A DNA stretch of 64,000 nucleotides from a bacterium (GTDB taxonomy: Bacteria > UBA8248). Below the pieces are notes generated by a model that was not told the origin of the DNA, made no database searches, and worked only from the letters and a program-made list of their open reading frames with translations. Shown piece after piece: positions 60,339 to 64,000 of this stretch. Within the stretch, counting starts at the first letter, position 1. Every line of letters starts with the position of its first letter. The position numbers and the translations under genes are program-made. The stretch spans positions 2,016,001 to 2,080,000 of the forward strand of contig OY843592.1 of assembly GCA_963692865.2 (NCBI GenBank), written 5' to 3'.

Positions 60339-60638
60339 CCGCACGGTTGCTATGTTCCTCTTTCATTTCGCCGGGTAAATCGTTTTTACATCGAAGATGG
60401 ATTGTATGCCATTCAGACATGCCCCATCGGAGCCTGTCTGGAATCGGGTGTTCGTGAACCAAACGACGCGCAATATCCGATAAGCGATCATACTATCGAA
60501 CGAAAAAGATACCGAGCTGAACGCGCCCCGCCCCGGAAGTCCACGAATCCCCCCGTTTTCAATCCCGGCGATATGTATTATGCTTATAAGCATCCTGTGG
60601 GAACTTGACTATCTACACTCAGCAGAGGGGATGAAGCC

Positions 60639-61373
60639 ATGTCCACGCAAGTAGAGATTCTCGATCGCTCCGAAATGACGGATCAGTTGAAGGAAATGAT
60701 TTCGCTCGATCCCAAGGAAACCACCATCGTCACCATCGACATGCACCGGGGGCACCTCGACCCCGAAGTCGCCACCATGCCGGCGAGTGACGAGGATTGC
60801 GAGAGCGTCATCAGCGCCGCGGAGGAACTCCTCGGTTTCGCCAGAAACCACGGAATTCCCGTCGTCCACGTGAAGCTCATCTTCCGGAAGATCCCCGGGC
60901 TCGGAAGCGAGGGTATGAGAGTCCATTTCTGGAAGGCGCTCCATGACATTCAGGACGAGAAGAACCGCCTCACCCTGGGGCGCAAGAGCACGGTGAACGA
61001 CCACAACATCATGGGCGAGGTGACGACGGAGATGATCCCCTCTCTCGTGGAAGAGGGCGACTACGTCATCGACAACAAGAAGCGCCTCGACTGCTTCATG
61101 GGAACGGACCTCCAGATGCTCCTGGACTCACTCGGTACGAAGAACGTGTGCCTGATGGGCATCAACACGAACACCTGCGTTCTGAACACGGCCTTCACCG
61201 CCTTCAACTACGACTACCGAGTGGTGATGCTCTCCGATTGCGTGAAGAGCATGTACGGGCCGGATCTCCACGTTTTCGGGATGCAGAACGTCATGCGCTG
61301 CCTCGGCTGGGTGTTCGACAACGAGGAGTTCATGGAGAAGGTGGCCGAGGGCGCCGAAGGCAAGAAGAGCTGA
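60639..61373 (+). CDS. Isochorismatase-like cysteine hydrolase
   Basis: Catalytic triad IDM / KKR / GINTNTCV. Confidence 0.9.
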   Translation: MSTQVEILDRSEMTDQLKEMISLDPKETTIVTIDMHRGHLDPEVATMPASDEDCESVISAAEELLGFARNHGIPVVHVKLIFRKIPGLGSEGMRVHFWKALHDIQDEKNRLTLGRKSTVNDHNIMGEVTTEMIPSLVEEGDYVIDNKKRLDCFMGTDLQMLLDSLGTKNVCLMGINTNTCVLNTAFTAFNYDYRVVMLSDCVKSMYGPDLHVFGMQNVMRCLGWVFDNEEFMEKVAEGAEGKKS

Positions 61374-61481
61374 TTCCCCGCGCTCGATATGAGCGTCTCC
61401 AATGTCTCACAAGCAGGCTGTAGTGGCCGCAAGCGGTCGAAGAGCGGCTTATTGGCTTACTAACAGAAGAGGATTTACAAG

Positions 61482-62276
61482 ATGCCGAAAGTTCAGGTGG
61501 GTGATGTAGAGCTTTACTACGAGGATTACGGGGAAGGCGTGCCCGTCGTCCTCATCCACGGCCTCGCGGGCGATTGCAGCGCGTGGAAGGCCCAGATCGC
61601 GAGCCTGGAGAAGAACTACCGCGTACTGGCCTTCGACAACCGGGGGGCGGGCAGGAGTTCCGCGCCCGATTATCCCTATACGTCCAGCCATTTCGCGGCC
61701 GACACCATCGGCCTGATGGACGCGGTGGGCATCACCGAGCCCGCGCACGTCATCGGCCGCTCGATGGGGGGAGCCATCGCCCAGATGATGGCGCTCGACT
61801 ACCCGGACCGCGTGAGGAGCCTCCTCATCACCGCCTCTTTCGGCAAGCTGGACAGGTACGGCTATCAGATTCTCTACAACATCAACGAGGTGGTGAAGGC
61901 CCAGGGCTACGCGCCCGCGGCGATGCACCAGTCGCTTTTCTTCTTCCCGCCTCACTATTTCAACGACAACAAGGAACAACTCGACGCGTTCGAGGCGGGG
62001 CTCGGGAACACGGACAGGCCCATACCCGGCTACGTGAATTCCACCCACGCCTGCCTGACGCACGACGCGCTCGACAGGCTGCAAGAGGTGAAGTGCCCGA
62101 CGCTCGTGCTCGCGGGCGGGCAGGACGTGCTTTGCGCGGCGAGCGCGTCCCAGGAGATAGCCGACCGCGTGCCGGGTTGCGAAATCAAGATTTACGAGGA
62201 GGCGAGCCACTTCTTCCTCATCCAGTGCTTTGAGGAATCCTTGCGCGACATCGAGGATTTTCTGGCGAGAAACTAA
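61482..62276 (+). CDS. Alpha/beta hydrolase (RutD/PcaD-like)
   Basis: IHGL, FDNRGAGRS, GRSMGG, G.QD, EASH. Confidence 0.9.
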   Translation: MPKVQVGDVELYYEDYGEGVPVVLIHGLAGDCSAWKAQIASLEKNYRVLAFDNRGAGRSSAPDYPYTSSHFAADTIGLMDAVGITEPAHVIGRSMGGAIAQMMALDYPDRVRSLLITASFGKLDRYGYQILYNINEVVKAQGYAPAAMHQSLFFFPPHYFNDNKEQLDAFEAGLGNTDRPIPGYVNSTHACLTHDALDRLQEVKCPTLVLAGGQDVLCAASASQEIADRVPGCEIKIYEEASHFFLIQCFEESLRDIEDFLARN

Positions 62277-62395
62277 AGACGGGCGAGGCGCGGGCGCAGT
62301 TCCCGCCCTCCTGGTTTTCAGATCGCATCGCGGCGGGTCCGGCGGGCTCGCCGCGATGGTGATTTGTGGGGGTGATTTTCGGGAGATTTCTCTAC

Positions 62396-63589
62396 ATGGC
62401 TAAATTTACGGATCCCATCGAAGTGCGCGGCCGGCGCATCAAGCACCGCATTCTGATGTCAGCAATGACGACCTCGCGCGCAGAAGAAGACGGCGCGCCC
62501 TCCGCCTGGTCGCACGCGCACTACAAGGCCCGCGCCCGGGGCGGCGCCGCGGTTTGCTTCACCGAGGCGACCTACGTCAACCAGGAGGGGAAGGGCTTTC
62601 CCAACCAGTTGAGCACGCACGACGACGCGCACGTCCCTGCCCTTCGCGATTTGATACGGGCGGTCGAGGAGGCGGGCGCGCCGCTCGCGGTGCAGATTTA
62701 TCACGCCGGCAGAACCGCGCTCAGCGCCATCACGGGAATGGAGCCCGTGGGGCCTTCCCCCATCCCGCACCCCACCGAGGACGAGGTGCCGCGCGAGATG
62801 AGCGAGGCGGAGGTCAAGACCGCCGTAAAGGCTTACGGAGATGCGGCGCGCAGGGTGCGCGAGGCGGGCGGAAAGATTCTCGAGATTCACGGGGCCACCT
62901 GGTATCTGTGCCAGCAGTTCTTCTCCCCGGCTTCGAACCGGCGGACGGACGGCTACGGCGGCGCGCTCGCAAACCGCATGCGCTTTCCGCTCGAGGTGGC
63001 GCAGGCCGTGCGCGAGGGCGGGGGAGACGAGATGGTGGTGAGCTACCGCCTGGGTCTTCTGGAGCCTTTCGAGAACGGCTTCACGGTGGAGGACACGCTG
63101 GCTCTCGCGCCCGCCCTCGTGGAGGCGGGGGTGGACATTCTCCATTGCTCGCGAAACGCGCGCGTGGGGCTGCCCGTCATGCCGGATCTGTACAACCCCG
63201 CCTTCGACAGGCTGCGCAAGGCGGTGGACGTTCCCCTCGTCGCGAACGGGGCCGCCTTCGAGCCCGCGCGGATTCAGGCGTATCTCGACGGGGGCGCCGA
63301 TTTCGTCGGCGTGGGGCGGGCCCTGCTCACGGATCCCGATTACGCGAACAAAGCCCTCACAGGGCGGGATGGAGAAGTCATCCGCTGCATCGAATGCAAG
63401 CCGTGCGCCTTCATGACGAACAGCAAGTGTCCCGACGATGCCTATCCCACGGGTATGCCCGAATCGATGGGCGAGGTGATCGAAATCGCCTCCACGATGG
63501 CGGGCGGCGGCTACGCGCCCACGGCGAAAAAGCGCCTCACCACCGACGCGCCGATAGAAGAGCAGCCAGAGGGTTCGTCTATTTCGTGA
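62396..63589 (+). CDS. NADH:flavin oxidoreductase (Old Yellow Enzyme family) with C-terminal Cys cluster
   Basis: ARARGG, QIYHAGR, FSPASNRRTDGYGG..NRMRF, GRALLTDP, CIECKPC. Confidence 0.9.
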   Translation: MAKFTDPIEVRGRRIKHRILMSAMTTSRAEEDGAPSAWSHAHYKARARGGAAVCFTEATYVNQEGKGFPNQLSTHDDAHVPALRDLIRAVEEAGAPLAVQIYHAGRTALSAITGMEPVGPSPIPHPTEDEVPREMSEAEVKTAVKAYGDAARRVREAGGKILEIHGATWYLCQQFFSPASNRRTDGYGGALANRMRFPLEVAQAVREGGGDEMVVSYRLGLLEPFENGFTVEDTLALAPALVEAGVDILHCSRNARVGLPVMPDLYNPAFDRLRKAVDVPLVANGAAFEPARIQAYLDGGADFVGVGRALLTDPDYANKALTGRDGEVIRCIECKPCAFMTNSKCPDDAYPTGMPESMGEVIEIASTMAGGGYAPTAKKRLTTDAPIEEQPEGSSIS

Positions 63590-63724
63590 GGTTGGCCTTG
63601 TAAATAATTGATAACGAATAGTTTTTTAGGGAATCGAATTTTCGTAGGAGTGTCGGGCTTCGCTGAGGAAGCGAAGCCCGAATGTGTCCGCCCTGTTTTT
63701 TACCGAACAGGTGAACGCGGAGGA

Positions 63725-63999
63725 CGCATATCGGGATGTTGAAAAAGTCCACAGAAGGAGCGCACCGAATTTCACTCCCCCTTGAGGGGGAGTGGGTGAG
63801 GTGAGGGGGTTTTACCCCCGAAACCGAACCGGTGGGGGGTAAAATGTGTTTTATCGCCATTCCGAATTATACCCCCCACCGAATCGCTTTCGGGCTTACG
63901 CCCTCAGCTCTTCGACTCCCCCTCAAGGGGGAGTGAAATTCAAAAGCGTGCACGCAACCAAAATCGCTCCCGAGGACTTTTTCAACAGCCCCATATGCG
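63725..63999. mobile_element. MITE-like cassette with clean terminal inverted repeats
   Basis: CGCATATCGGGATGTTGAAAAAGTCC vs GGACTTTTTCAACAGCCCCATATGCG (24/26 by hand); internal inverted GAATTTCACTCCCCCTTGAGGGGG...CCCCCTCAAGGGGGAGTGAAATTC. Confidence 0.8.
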
Positions 64000-64000
64000 G

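Overview
High-GC bacterial chromosomal segment, organism not determined. It carries core metabolic genes (2-oxoacid:ferredoxin oxidoreductase alpha/beta, moaB, coaD, aspartate aminotransferase, tyrS, sdhCAB) and many catabolic hydrolases, oxidoreductases and ABC transporters. Accessory structure: (i) about 13 intergenic mosaic cassettes of REP-like hairpin modules, mostly bracketed by IS-like ends (TGTTGAAAAA...TTTTTCAACA), two of which supply gene stop codons; (ii) a 2.4 kb lower-GC island encoding an AbiE-like antitoxin and nucleotidyltransferase plus a truncated caspase-domain gene, with a sigma70 promoter between two palindromic operators and degenerate ~57-60 bp direct repeats at its borders; (iii) a ~1.2 kb inverted repeat pair (26095-27285 / 41179-42353) enclosing ~14 kb with no visible REP modules, including tyrS and a MoxR AAA+ ATPase with an unusual partner; (iv) an intact IS256 with a 9-bp target duplication inserted in a repeat hairpin; (v) a NaaA-like M20 / RidA / ABC catabolic cluster. 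No rRNA, tRNA or CRISPR array was seen. All calls come from reading the sequence by eye; no database searches were run.
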